From: the human T2T-CHM13v2.0 reference genome, Homo sapiens
Length of the DNA: 64,000 nt
Assembly: GCF_009914755.1 (NCBI RefSeq)
Contig: NC_060928.1
Reading direction: 5' to 3' (one strand)
Below, piece by piece: positions 1 through 21,554 of the stretch. Position 1 is the stretch's first letter. Each line of letters begins with the position of its first letter. The position numbers and the translations under genes were made by a program. Under the pieces are notes generated by a model. The model was not told the origin of the DNA. It did not search any database and worked only from the letters and a program-made list of their open reading frames with translations.

Positions 1-218
1 CTACACCTCCCGGGCTCAAGTGATCCTCCTGCCTCAGCCTCCTGAGTAGCTGGAACTATAGGCACACACTACCACACCAGGCTAATTTTTGTATTTTTAG
101 TAGAGATGGGGCTTCACCATGTTGGCCAGGCTGGTCTGAAACTCCCGACCTCAAGTGATCCACCTGCCTCAGCCTCTCAATGTGCTGGGATTACAGGCGT
201 GAGCCACCACGCCTGGCC
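1..218 (-). mobile_element. Alu (cut by the window edge)
   Basis: Antisense Alu motifs gctgggattacaggcgtgagccacc and central ttttgtatttttagtagaga. Confidence 0.93.
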
Positions 219-764
219 TGACCCTCAATTAACATCAAGATGTTACCTCTGTTTTCTGGCAGTGGCTCATTTTTCACCTGGCTAATATTTTCCAAAAGTG
301 AACAGCGATGAGGAGAGTATTTGTTAACTTCTCTTTTTCCTTTCCAATTAAGATTATCAATAATATCCTGTTTAAGCCAACACTATCCCTCTTACTTCCC
401 CTGGAATACAGACATACTTCTCCATTTTTAAAGCTTCCAATTATCTGTCTTATTTGGAAAGACAACTGATATTGTACTAATCTTTAAGTTTTTATCTTTT
501 ATTCAAATGATTATTTTGGTCATTCATTCAAGGTAAGCACTTGGGGGCAAAATCCTTTTTTATTTTTTAATGAATAATTCTGTTTCCTAGTACTTTAAGC
601 TGTATCATTATCAACTTATTCTATAAACTTGACTTATGACTGCATTACCTGCAAAGCCTAGAATATTTATTCTCTGGTCTATCAACTCCTGCACTAGGCT
701 ATACAGCTTCCATAGTATGCCTAACACTATTTTCTTTTCTTTTTTAAAGAAAAGGCATAAGATA

Positions 765-1127
765 CTGTTTTAGTTCAGGCTACTATAACAGAGTATCATA
801 GACTGGGTGGTGTAAATAATAGAAACTTATTTCTCAGAGTTCTGGAGGCTGAAGGATCCAATGTCAGGGTGCCAGCACGGTTGGTTCTAGAGGGCCCTCT
901 TCCTGTTTTGCAGATAACCTTTTCCTCCTTGTATCCGTATGTGGTAGAAAGCAGAAAGCTCTCTGGCCTATTCTTATAAGGGCACCAATCCCATTAATGA
1001 GGGCGCCACTCTCATAACCTAATTACTTTGCAAAGACTCCACTTCCAATACCATTACATCAGGGATTAGATTTCAACATATGATTTTTTTGGGGGGTAGG
1101 GAGGGGAACAAACTTTCGTTCCATAAT
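765..1127 (-). mobile_element. MLT1A-like MaLR solo LTR
   Basis: cttataagggcaccaatcccattaatgagggc...ttcaacatatga matches the reverse complement of the recalled MLT1A consensus. Confidence 0.75.
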
Positions 1128-1170
1128 GATACTAGTAACTATGTTCTAATGAATAAGATTATTTAAGTTA

Positions 1171-3635
1171 CTGTGGTGAATTAAGGATGGTCACATTTTG
1201 CAGGGTTTCTGGTTTTCCTCTCAACTAGAGGGAGCTCTGTTTCTCCTCCTCTTTAATTTCAGCTGGCATGGTGATTCCCTTGAGTAATGGAAGACAGTGA
1301 AAGTGATGCTATGCCAGTTCCAGGCTGAGCCTTTAAGAGAACTGGGAACTTCTATTTGATATCTGGAAGCCCAAGCCATCATGAAAATAGTTTATTCTTA
1401 AAGACCACATTGCAATGCCATGAGACTAAAATGAAGGAGAGGGACCCGAATAAGCCCTGCCAATATGCCAGGCATGGGAGTGACGTCATTTTGCGTCTTC
1501 CAAAAAAGCCCAGCTGATGGCTGAATACCACTGAGCAATACCAGTTGATGCTACATGGAGCAGAAGAACCTCCAAATTCCTGACTCAAAAAATTGTGAGA
1601 TAACATAAAATAAAAATAAAAATTGTTTTTTATTTTGGAGACAAGTTCTCACTCTGTCACCCAGGCTGGCATGCTCATGGCTCACTGCAGCCTCAAACTC
1701 TTGGGCTCAAGTGATTCTCCCACCTCAGCCTCCCTAGCAGCTGGGATTACAGGCATGCACCACCACATGTGACTAATTTTCATATTTTCAGTAGAGAAGG
1801 GGTATTGCCATGTTGCCCAGGCTGGTCTTGAACTCCTGGGCTCAAGCGATATGCCAGCCTTGGCTTCCCAAAGTGCCGGGATTACAGGTGTGAGCCACTG
1901 AGCCTGGCCTAAAATTGTTATTTTAAGCTACTAAGTTTTAGGAGTAATTTGTTTTGCAGCAATAGATAATTGAAGCAGAATTACATATCCGGAAGCAAGG
2001 AGCTGATGTAAAAGCCTATGTGCACTGGCTTTGGGACTGCGGAGCAGGCAGAAATTGGAAGGGCTTCAATGACATTGTTGGTGAGAGACTGGCAAGTGAA
2101 AAACAGTTACTGGAGGCTGAAGAAAAGGGGATTCTTGCTCTACGGTGGCTGAAAATTTGGTAACTGCAATAATGTGGAAGATAGTAACTGTACTTTATGG
2201 ATCCAGTGGTCTAGCTAAGGAATTATCAAAGCAGAACATTCAAAGTGACAGCTGCTTCTAATAACTTCTGATAAAGAACAAGAAACTAGAGATTAATTGA
2301 AGAAAAAAGTTTAGCTTATGAGCAGAATTTAGAAGAGATACAGAGAGCCCAGGATGATTCCTTCTAGGCAACAAATGCTTCTCAAAGGAAGACATGGCCT
2401 CAAGACAAAGACTAAATTTAGGACAGTAGGGTGTGGCCTCAGGGCAAAGATGAAGTCAAGGTTGTGCACATAAGATCTGTTACAGCACAGAAAGATTTAA
2501 AGGCATGTCTTGCAGACCCTCTTTGATAGAGAAAGAATTTCTAAGAACTCAACAGCACTGTCTTACAGTATCCTCATAGATAACTGAAGGTAGAGAAGAG
2601 TCTGTCTCAGAAACATGAGTGGCTTTTGTTAACCACAGTGAGTATCAATAATATTCACATAAACCCACAAAATTATTTAGAAATTCTGCTTTTGGAAGCA
2701 CTGTGTAAGCTCAGACTGAAGGGGACAAACATAGTGCAAAAGAGAAGAGCCCTTGAGCACACCAAGCTTTGGTGCAAGGAAGCAGGCTGACAATGCTATT
2801 CCTGGTTGGATTTTAGAATTTCTAGGGACCAATGACTGCTATCTGCTTCCCATCTTCCTTGTTTTCGAAAAGGTGTCCCAAAGGTTGTTTCACCATTGTA
2901 TTTTGCACATATGGAAAACAAATAACTAATTTTTTTTTTACTCATAGGTCTTCAGATTGAGAATAACTGTACTCAAAGACCTGTAGATGAGAAAACCCAT
3001 CTGCACGGCCTGACTTTGTTATCATATTAAACTCTGAGCTAATGTCATAATGAGATGAGGCTTTCAGAAGGTGTGAGTGTATTTTGCATATGGGAGGAAT
3101 GAAGATAATTTTTGGTCAGAGGGCAGACTATGGCAGATTTAGGACAGATGCAAATTCTTTGACGCCCTTCCCATTGAGAGGTGGGTTCTGTTTGCCCTCC
3201 CTTTGAATCCAGGTTGGGCTGTGACTGCTTTGACTAATAGAATACGGCAGAAGTGATACTGTGCTAGTTCTGAGATCAGCTTTTAAGAGTACAAGCTGCT
3301 TTCACCTTAGCATCTGTGAGCCCCGGGCCATCACATAAGAAGTCAGACTATCCTGCCAGAAAGAGTACATAGAATAGCCCTGAAACCACATAAAGAGGGA
3401 GAGGGGCCCAGCTAAGCTGTACTTGCCAAGATAGCAGTGAAGCTTTTTGGGACCCTTCAGACCAGCCTAGCTGCCGGCTGACCAACACTTACTGATCTCT
3501 GAGATAAAGGCACACGAATTAGGAAAAATCACATTAGACAAGTCTTGACTCAATTCCTGGCACATAAAATCATGGTATGAAACGGTTGGTGTTTCAACAC
3601 TAAGTTTTGGGGTGACTTGTTAGGCAGTCATAAAA
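1171..3635 (+). mobile_element. MLT1 (H-like) MaLR element with LTR-internal-LTR structure
   Basis: Two similar LTRs (about 1171-1978, interrupted by an Alu, and about 3129-3635) both end in ctaagtttt(a/g)g...ttgtt..gcag; the internal segment ends in ggtcagagggcagac. Confidence 0.65.
1625..1910 (-). mobile_element. AluJ-like, inserted in the MLT1 5' LTR
   Basis: Antisense Alu dimer flanked by an aaaattgtt duplication. Confidence 0.9.
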
Positions 3636-3779
3636 AAAAGACCAATAGCTAAAAATATAAAAATACTGAACCTAATTTGAGATAATTACCCAAACATATA
3701 CAAATTTTGATAATCTGTTTATAAAGCTTGTGAAATTTAAGTTTTTACTAAATCAAATATAGCTCATTTTGACTCATTA

Positions 3780-3992
<213 letters not shown>

Positions 3993-5550
3993 CTAGTTCT
4001 CAAAATGATGCATTTTATCTGTAATGGCATTGGGGGCAAAGTTCAAAAAGCTGCATTACTGCAACAGGCAATTACTAGTTAAGCTCTGTTACATATTAGA
4101 AGTTAATAAGTGACTACAGTATATGAAAGTCAAATTTCATTTCAATTGTACATAATAATTTCTATGGTGGTCAAAATGGTTTACCTTCTTTCTGCTTTTG
4201 GTAAAATTAATATGTGTATTAGAATACTATTTTTTAAATTATTAACTAGTTGATTCTGTTTATATGAAGTAACTCCTAGTTACTTCTAATTGCTCTGAAA
4301 TTCTCCACACTAAGGAGAGAGGAGGTTTACCTCAGAACATCCTGAGACAGGTTCAAAAAAGAATAAAAAGAAAAAAAAACTACCTCAGAATAGCTTAATG
4401 CAGTTATTTACCACCTTCTCACTCCTATTAATCCGTTGAAGATTTTACTTTCCAGGTTACAAGCTCCCCAACACTAACTCTGTCATAACTAATTTAGGTG
4501 ATTTCTATATTTGTATCAATAATCCTTCCAAAAGGTAGGCCTCTTGGTTTGTTGCACTTCACTCTACCTCAGTCTTCATCCTATCTCCAGCACTCCAATG
4601 GTCATATCTTAGAGAACTTGTCATTAATTATAGCCTCTTTAAATTTCCAGTGTTAAGTATTCCACCCTCTAATCTCTAACACTCATTTTCCACTTCTCCG
4701 CCTCTACAACTCCAACTCTAAAAAAATTTTACCCTGAAAGTACCTACAATGCACTGATTCTGCTACATTTTCTGTCATCTCCATTAAAATTCACAGAAAT
4801 TCCATAATATAGTCATTCTCTTGTGCATCCTCAACTTATTGTATTCAAGTGGCAAAACCCCAATTTTGCATAAATTCAATTCTCTGCCTACTATATCTGC
4901 ATACACAGGGTTAAAATGGTTGAAGAAAAACAGAAATCCTTGCTCATTGGTCTCAATTTAAATTCATTGTTTCTAAAGCCAAGTAGGCCCTTTGTGTTGG
5001 CTGCAGACCTTTTATAACACTGGGCTAGCAGGAACTGTCCTTAGCTCAGTTAATTTCCAGAGCAAAAAAGTTGTTCATCAAGTATTTATAAGTTGTTTTA
5101 CTCTTTACTTCTTTCTAGTCAACAGAGAACAAAACTATAGTGTTGCAAATGTTTCAGAATCATTTCCCTGCACTGTACTTCAACAAACTGCTTGCCAAAA
5201 CAAACTGACTGTAGCAGAGATCACATCTGTGTTTTTCCTCCTTCAGCCCTACCATTCTGCAATAAAATCATGTCTATTAACACCAGGAATCAGGATACCA
5301 TATCGCATTATTATTATTATTAAAGATTGCTTTAGTGGGTTCTAACAGAAGAATAGGAAATAATCAAAATATAGGAGAAAAATCTATTTCTTGTCACTGA
5401 TGATAAATCTGCACATTTGGAACATCTAATATCTCAAGGAAGAAAGCTTAATAGATTTAGTAAAAATAATCAGTACAGCGTCCAGATATAAAATTTTCTA
5501 TCTATATATAGAAAGAAATAGGGGAAGGAAGAGGAGGAGGTTAGGGTATC

Positions 5551-5850
<300 letters not shown>

Positions 5851-7009
5851 ATAGCTATACTAGATAAAAATTCTTAAAACATAGCAAAAAGCAATGAAAT
5901 ATAAAAAAGGGCAGAGAATATAAACAGGCAATTTTCAAAGCAGCAAATCAAAATAGTCAATAGAATGCAACATAATGAAATTCACTCACAATCAGAAAAG
6001 GAAAAATAAAACCAATGAAATATATACCACACAAAAATGGTAAAAATTTTTTTTAAAGGGATATTACCTTTCAGGCTGTTTGATATTTAAAAATCAATCA
6101 ATGCAATTTGCAACATTAATATAATAAAAGAGAAATTATACTATTATATTAATTGATTTGGAAAATGGGTTTGGAGAGAGCTTCAGCATGGCTGACCACA
6201 GACACCTGGCACTTGTCTGTTCCACAAAGAAGTACAAAACAGCAAGTAGATAATAACACATTGAATAGAGCATCTGAAAGAGAACACAGGAGTTCAGCCG
6301 CAAAGGGATGGGGAACCTCTGAGGCATGGAAGGAGAGGGAAGCGAAACAGTTGGCCTGGCTAGGACTGGCTAGAAGCCAGGAGAAACACCACAGATTGAC
6401 CTGCCTGAATGCAGGAAAATGGTAAGAGAGATCCCCAGTGCTCCATGTTCTCACCATGGACTCCTGCAAGCCTAGCCATGGCTCCTCAGCCCTCAAGCGC
6501 CCTGAGACTAGTAGAGGAAGCTGCCTGGAGTCAAAGTGATGCATTATTCTAGAGAGGAAGTTTGTGCTGGATCTCACACAGCATCCTGAGACCCAAGCAG
6601 CTGCAACATGGTGCCACTTTGAGAACCCAATCCCTACCAGATAACAACCTGCCCCAGGGCTCAACAGGCCCTGAATCTCCACACCCCTGGAGCCCTACTG
6701 ACATCTACTCCATGTCCACCTATAGATTTGCAACCTTGTGACATGAGCTGGACTCAACTGTGCAGCCAGGTCCCTAGTCCTCTAGCCCACATACAGTCCT
6801 ACACCACAGGAAATGGGTGGTGCAGCACATTAGGAAGGCTGCCCCTGGGAAAAAGGGAGCTGAAGCATGTGCTCCCCAGAGCCTGGGAGCTGCCTTCCTG
6901 GAGTTGCTGGTACTGACAGCAACCCTGCCTCCCCTAGCACCTGGGTGAATGTGCACTTGTGTGCACCTTCAGGAGCAAGGAGATAGGCATGCTTGGGTGC
7001 CATCCTAGA

Positions 7010-7960
7010 GCCTGAGGTCAGGCCTGGCCCACTCACTGATGCCACCACCTGAGAATGCTACCTGGTAGCTGGGAGATCGATCTGCCCCATGCATCAGAGC
7101 TGGCACTAGCAAGCATGTCATCCAGGACTGGAGATCAACCCACCATGCCTGCTGATGCAGGTGCCTGCACACACAGTCAGGGGGCCTGAGGACAGGCCCT
7201 CCTGCCTACCACCACCACCACTGATTTCTGAGTGTGCAGTCTGGGGTCCTGGGGGTAGACCTACTGTGCTAAGCACAACCTGTGCCTGACAGCACCATCA
7301 CAGGGCTTGAAGACAGACCCACCCTGCCCTGCTACTGCCTTGGCAAAGGCCTGTGAGCATCATCCAGGGGCACAGGGATCAATTTGCCATGCCTATTGCT
7401 GCTAGTGCCTGTATAAGCTTTCCAGGGGCTTGGGAAAGGGCCCACCCAGCCTGCCAGCACCCACACACATCATCTAGGGTCTAGAGATCAACCAGTCCTG
7501 CCCAACATAAACTGCCTGCACATGCACCACACAGGGGCCCAAGTATAGGCCTGCTCTACCTGGCGATGCCCCCAATAGTGCTATGTGTATTGTCCAGAGG
7601 TCTGGAGATCTACCCACCTCTGTCCGCCACCACAGACACCCAAACATACCTTCCAGAGGGCCCTGAGACCCAACCTGCAGCCACTGCCACCATCCACCTG
7701 CACTAAAGGCCTGGAGACTAGCCCTCTCAGTTCACCACCACCACTGCTGGTGCCCATGAGTGCTGATGATGGACCCAGGGACTAGCCCTGCCCACCTGGC
7801 CCACCACTGCTACTGCTGGCACCCAAGTAAGCCATGTGGAGGCCCAAGGATTACCTGGACCCACTATCACCAGTGCCTGAACACCATCTGGGGGGCCAAG
7901 TACCTGCATTCTCAGCATGCTGCCAAGACTGGGGCCTGAGGACTGGCTCAACTGGCTCCC
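7010..7960 (+). repeat. Degenerate tandem array of about 55-65 bp units within the old L1 5'UTR
   Basis: Recurring cagggggcctgaggac...ccc...cc/ccaccac unit, about 15 diverged copies. Confidence 0.7.
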
Positions 7961-8456
7961 TGTCCACGGTAAATCCTTACCAGAGTCTCCACTAACAATC
8001 ATAACCTAAGACACACAGGAATTCACAGATACCACTGACACTGATTACAGCCAAAGAAATCATATGAAGACTGCACTACTCTGCCCACCCAGAATCAAAG
8101 CCAAAACACCCTACTCAACCAACACTATGGATACATATACGGGAAAAAGTCTTTGCCTACGAAAGTCAATCCGTAAAATCGGAAGAAGTGATTATTACAA
8201 TAGATGCACAGATATCAATATAAGGACACAAGAAACATGAAAAGTAAGGAAACATGATACCTCCAAAAGAACACGGTAATTCTCCAACAAGATTCCAACA
8301 AAAATAAATCTACAAAATGCCTAAAACAATTCAAAGTAAAATTAAAGCTAAGTGAGGTATAGGAGAACACAGATAAATAATACAAAGAAATCAGAAAAAC
8401 AATTCATGGTCTCAATGAGAAATTCAACATAGATATCATTAAAGATAACCAAACAG

Positions 8457-8745
8457 GGCCAGATGCTATGACTCACAAATGTAATCCTAGTGTTTTAGAA
8501 AAGGAAGGCAGAAGGACCGCTTGCAGCCAGGAGTTGGAGACCAGCCTGGGCAACACAGTGAGATACTGTCTCTACAGGAAATTCTTTAAAAAGTAAGTCA
8601 GGTGTGGTGGCATGTGCCTATAGCCATAGCTAGTCTGGAAGATAAGGTGGAAGGATCTCCTGAGTCCAGGATTTGAGGCTGTAGTGAGCTATGATTGCAC
8701 CAATGTACTCTAGCCTGGATGGCAGACAGCCTGTCTCTAACCAAG
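8457..8745 (+). mobile_element. AluJ-like (diverged)
   Basis: Alu dimer motifs (gagaccagcctgggcaaca, gctgtagtgagctatgatt). Confidence 0.85.
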
Positions 8746-8755
8746 TAAAAATATT

Positions 8756-8756
<1 letters not shown>

Positions 8757-8816
<60 letters not shown>
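8757..8816. repeat. (TATC)15 perfect tetranucleotide microsatellite
   Basis: Direct count. Confidence 0.95.
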
Positions 8817-8817
<1 letters not shown>

Positions 8818-8822
8818 CATAA

Positions 8823-9040
<218 letters not shown>

Positions 9041-10856
9041 AATTAACTAACAAAGAAAACCCCAAACCCCCCCACCCACCACAAAATTCAATGAATTAAA
9101 TAAAATTACAACTGAGAGCTTCAACAATAGACTAAACAGAAAAAAGAGTTTCTGAATGAAAACAGTTCTTTCGAAATAATCCACTCAGAAAATAAAGAAA
9201 AGGATAAAAGAAAAAAAAAGAATGGAAGTCTATGTGACATAAGAGAAATTGTAAAGTGCCCAAATATTCAAATTTTGGGTGTTTCAGAAAAAAAAAGAGA
9301 TGGGCAAGGACATAGAAAATTTCTCTAACGAAATAACAGCTGAAAATTTCCCAAGCCTTGTAAGAGATATAGACATTCAGATACAGGAAACTTAAAGACA
9401 CAAAAATATTCAACCCAAAAAGATCTTCCCAAGGCACATTACAATCAGACAGTTAAAAGTCAAAGAGAATTCTAAAAACAGAAAGAAAAGAGCATCAAAT
9501 TACATATAAGGGCACCCCCAACAGACTAACAATGGCTTTCTCAGCAGAAAACTTATAAGATAGGAGAAAACGGGATGATATATTCAAAGTGCTGAGAAAA
9601 CAAAAACAAAACCAAAAACAAACCAACAACAAACTGTCAGCCAAGAATACTATACCCACCAAAGCTATCCTTCAAAAATGAAGGAGAAATAAAGTCTTTC
9701 CCAAAGAAGCAAAAACTGGGAGAATTCAACAGCAGACTGATCCTATAAGAAATGCTTAAGAGAGCACTACATGTGGAAATAAAAGGACAGTATCTAACAC
9801 CATGCAAGCACATTAAAGTATAAAACCTGACAGAGCACATTCACAAACAAAAGAGAAAAAGGAGTCAAATGTTATAGAAAATAACCAAACTGCAATGAAA
9901 CAATAAAAGAGAAAGAAAAGAACAACAAATATACAAAACATCCAAAAACCAATTAACAAAATGACCAGAGTTAAGTCCTCACCTATCAATAATAACCTCT
10001 AATATAAATGAAATAAATTAATCATTTAGAAGATACAGGTTGGCTGAATGGTTTAAAAAAAATGACCAAACTACATGCTGCCTACAATAAACTCATTACA
10101 TATATAGACTGAAAATGAAGAAACAGAAAAAGATATTCCATGCAAATGGAAACAAAAAAAGAGTGGGAGAAGGCATACACTTATATCAGATAAGACATAT
10201 TTTAACCCAAAAGCTGTAAAAAAAGACAAAGAAGGTCATTACATAATGATGAAGGGAAAAATTAAATGAGCAGATCTAACAATTATAAATAGATGTGCAC
10301 TCAACAGCAGAACCCCTAGATATATAAAGCAACTACAGGGAGAGATAGACTCCAATATAATAAGAGTTGTGGACTTCAACGCCCCACGGACAGCACTGGA
10401 CAGATAATCTAGACTGAAAATTAACAAAGAAACATTTGATTTAAACTGCACTTTAGACCAAATGGACGTAACAGACATCTACAGAACACATCCAACAGCA
10501 GCAGAATATACATTCTTCTCATCAGCACATGGAACATTCTCCAGGACAGGCCACATGGTAGGCTACAAAACAAATCTCAACAAATTAAAACGTAACTACT
10601 TCATATCAAGTACCTTCTCAGACCACAACTGAAGAAAACTAGAAATCAATCACGAGAGGAACTTTGGAAACTGTACATATACATGGAATTTAAGCAACAT
10701 GCTCCTGAGCAAACATTGAGTCAACGAAGAAATTAAGAAGGAAATAAATGGATTTCACGAAACAAATGGGGACAGAAACACAACAAACCAAAATCTATGG
10801 GAAACAGCAAAAGCAGTGCTGAGAGTTTATAGCAATAAACACCCATATCACAAAAG

Positions 10857-11146
10857 GGCCAGAAGCTCATGGCTGTAATTTCAATATTTTGGGAGGCTGA
10901 TGTAGGAGAATCCTTGAGGCCAGGAGTTAGAGATCGGCCTGGGCAACAAAGTGAGACCCTGTCACTACTGAAACAAAAACAAAAACAAAAAATAGCTGGT
11001 CATGGTGGCTGCCTGTAGTACTAGTTCCTCAGGAGGCTAAGGTGAGAGGATTGCTTGAGCCCAGGAGTTTAAGGTTATAGCAAGCTACAACTGCACTACT
11101 GTACTCCAACATGGGCGACAGAGTGAGACCCTGTTTATAAAAAAAA
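10857..11146 (+). mobile_element. AluJ-like
   Basis: Diverged Alu dimer with A tail, inside L1 ORF2. Confidence 0.85.
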
Positions 11147-11230
11147 GAGACAGATTTCAAATAAATAATGTAATGATGTATTTCAAGGAACTAGAAAAGC
11201 AAAAAAAGGTCAAATCCAAAATTAGTAAAA

Positions 11231-11562
11231 GCAGCAACATGGATGGAGCTGGAGGCCATTATCCTAAGTGAACTAACTCAGAAACAGAAAATCAAGTACT
11301 ACATGTTCTCACTTATAAGTGGAACCTAAATAATTGGTACACATGGACACAAAGGTGAAAATAATAAGATAATGAGGACTCCAAAAGGAAGGAAGGAGGG
11401 AGTGGGGAGAAGGCAAAAAAAAACAAAACAAAACTATCAGGTACTATCATCACTATTTGAGTGATGGGTTCAACAGAAGCCCAAATCTCAGCATTATGCG
11501 ATATACCCATGTAACAAACATGCACATGCACCCACTAAACTTAAAACAAAACAACTATATAC

Positions 11563-11613
<51 letters not shown>

Positions 11614-11897
11614 CACAAAATGGACCATTATTCAGCCATAAAAAGAATGAAATCTTATTTTTTTGCAGTAAGATGGATAGAACTGGAGGTCATTATCCAT
11701 ATAGAGAAATACACATTGCATGTTTCTGACTTATAGGTGGGAGCTAAAAAAATTGATCTCATGGAAGTAGAGAGCAGAATGGTGCTTATCAGAAGCTGGA
11801 AAGTGTGGTTGGTTAATGCATACAAAATACAGTTAAATAGAATAAAATTCTAGTGTTTAAAATAGTACAGTAGGATGACTACAGTTAATGAAAAAAA
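11231..11897 (+). mobile_element. Two L1 3'-end fragments (L1PB/L1MA-like) separated by a (TA)n(CA)n repeat
   Basis: catggatggagctggaggccattatcctaagtga...catgtaacaaacatgcacatg; second fragment at 11620-11890; flanked by aaaattagta/aaaactagta. Confidence 0.75.
11557..11612. repeat. Compound (TA)n(CA)n microsatellite
   Basis: tatatacatatatat...acacacacac seen directly. Confidence 0.93.
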
Positions 11898-13329
11898 GCA
11901 AAACTAGTAGAAGAAATAATAATCAAGCAGAACAAAATCAAACAGACACTAAAAAAATCAACAAAAGTTGGCGTTTTGAAAAGATAAACAAAATTGAAAA
12001 ACCACTAACGAGACTAAGAGAAAAAGAGTGAAGACCCAAATAAAGAAAATAAAAAACAAAGAGCCATTACAACAAATACTACAGAAATGCAAAGTACCAT
12101 GTGAAACTATTATGAACAACTATATGTTAACAAATTGGAAAACCTAGAGGTAATAGACAAATTCCTGCACACAGACAACCTCCCAAAATAACTACAATAA
12201 ATATCAAATTCTTCAACACCCAGACACCGATGAACACCCATAACATCAAGACCACCCAGGAAAATATGACCTCACCAAATAACTAAATAAGGTACCAGAC
12301 ACCAATCCCAGAAAGACAGAGATATATGACCTTTCAGACAGAAAATTCAAAATAGCTGTTTTAAGGAAACTCAGTGAAATTCAAAATAACAGAAAAAATT
12401 CAGAATCTTACCAGATACATTTAACAAAAAGATTGAAATAATTAAAAAGAATCAAGCAGAAATTCTGGAGCTGAGAAATGTAACTGGCATACTGATGAAT
12501 GCATAAGAGTCCTTTAATAGCAGAACACATCAAAAGAAGAAAGAATTAGCGAGCTTGAAGACAGGCTGCTTGAAAATACATAGTGAGAGGAGACAAAAAA
12601 CAATTGAAAATACATAGTCAGAGGAGACAAAAAACAAAGGAAAAAGAATAAGGAATACCTACAAGATCTAAAAAACAGACTCAGAAGGGCAAATCTAAGA
12701 GTGATTCGTTGTAACGAGGAAGTAGAGAGAGAGACCGGGGTACAAAGTTTATTCAAAGGGATAATGTCAGAGAACTTCCTGAACCTAGAAAAAGATACCA
12801 ATATTCAACTACAAGAAGGTTATAGAACACCAAGCAGATGTAATCCAAGGAAGACTACCTCAAGACATTTACTAATCAAACTCCAAAAGGTCAAAGACAA
12901 ACAAAGGAGAAAAGCAGCAGCAGACTTTGTGTCTGGCAGCAGACTTTTCAGCAAAAATCTTACTGGCCAGGAGAGAGTGACAGGACATATTTAAAGTACT
13001 GAAGGAAAAAAACTTTTATCCTAAAATAGTATATCCAGAGAAAATATCCTTCAAACATAATGAAGAAATAAAGACTACCAGACAAACAAAAGCTGAGGGA
13101 TTTCATCAACACAAGACCTGTCCCGTAAGAAATGCTAAAAGGAGTTCTTTAATATGAAAGAATAGGACAATAATGAGTAATAAGAAATCATCTGAAGGTG
13201 TAAAATTCACCAGTAATAGTAAGTATACAGAAAAACACAGAATATTAGAACACTGTAATTGTGGTGTGTAAGCTACTCATATCTTGAGTAGAAAGACTAA
13301 AAGATGAACTGATTGAAAATAAAAATTAT

Positions 13330-13968
<639 letters not shown>

Positions 13969-14407
13969 TTACAACTTTTTGAGAGACAATACAGTAAGAT
14001 ACAAATAGAAACAAAAAGTTGAAAAGTGAGGGACAAAGTTAGAGTCTTTATTAGTTTTTTATTTGCTTGTTTGGTATCTGTTTTTGCAATCACTGTTGTC
14101 ATCAGTTTAAAATAGTGGGTTATAAGATAGTATTTATACCTCATAGTACCCTCAAAAATAAAAAATCATACAACAGATACGCAAAAAAATAAAAAGCAAG
14201 AAATTAAAACATACCACTAAAGAAATCACCTTCTCTAAAATGAAGATATGAAGGAAGGAAGGAAGAGAAGTCCACAAAACAACCAGAAAACAAATAACAA
14301 AATGGCAGAATTAAGTCTTTACTTGTAATAATCCCATTGAATGTAAATGGAATAAACTCTCCAATCAAAAGACAGAGAGTGGCTGAATAGATTAAAAAAG
14401 AAGACTC

Positions 14408-21063
<6,656 letters not shown>

Positions 21064-21473
21064 AAAAAAGAAGACTCAATGAACAGTTGCCTACAAGAAA
21101 CAGACTTCACCTATAAAGACACACACAGACCAAAAATAAAGGGATGAATAAAGATATTCTATGCCAATAGAAACCAAAAAAGGGCAGAAGTAACTATACT
21201 TACATGAGACAAAATAGATTTCAAGACAAGAACTATAAAAAGATACAAATAACGTCATTATATAATTATAAAATGGTCAATTCAGCAAGAGGATATAACA
21301 GTTATAAATATATATGCATCCAATACTGGAGTACCCATATATGTACAGGAAATATTATTAGAGTCAAAGTGAGAGATAGCCCCCAATACAATAATACCTG
21401 GAGACTTTAACACTATACTCTCAGCATTGAACAGATCATCCAGGCAGAAAATCGACATAGAAACATCAGACTT

Positions 21474-21554
21474 AGCTGACTCTAGTCTAGTAGCACTGCC
21501 TAGGGGTCATCACAGCTCTGCAAGGAGCAGCAAAAGAAAAATAAAAAAAAGAAA
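21474..21554 (+). mobile_element. Unidentified 58-nt retro-insert with A-rich tail and 15-bp TSD
   Basis: AGAAACATCAGACTT duplicated at 21459-21473 and 21555-21569; A tail at 21532-21554. Confidence 0.8.

Noticed and set aside
274-465. 63-aa minus-strand ORF as a NEK1 exon
   Set aside because: The peptide does not continue the recalled NEK1 sequence (EPDDLETE...) and has no convincing acceptor; the next exon probably lies left of the window
4992-5345. 117-aa plus-strand ORF
   Set aside because: Non-ATG start, no recognisable motif, low-information composition; probably chance
7010-7960. CRISPR-like repeat-spacer array
   Set aside because: Units are degenerate along their whole length, the context is a primate L1 5'UTR, and there are no cas-like ORFs
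12570-12637. Small tandem duplications (34 bp here; 17 bp at about 15204-15236 and 52133-52166)
   Set aside because: Ordinary slippage duplications in neutral sequence with no functional hint
21474-21497. Resemblance of the orphan insert to 28S rRNA (GACTCTAGTCT)
   Set aside because: Similarity is limited to about 11-15 nt and does not extend
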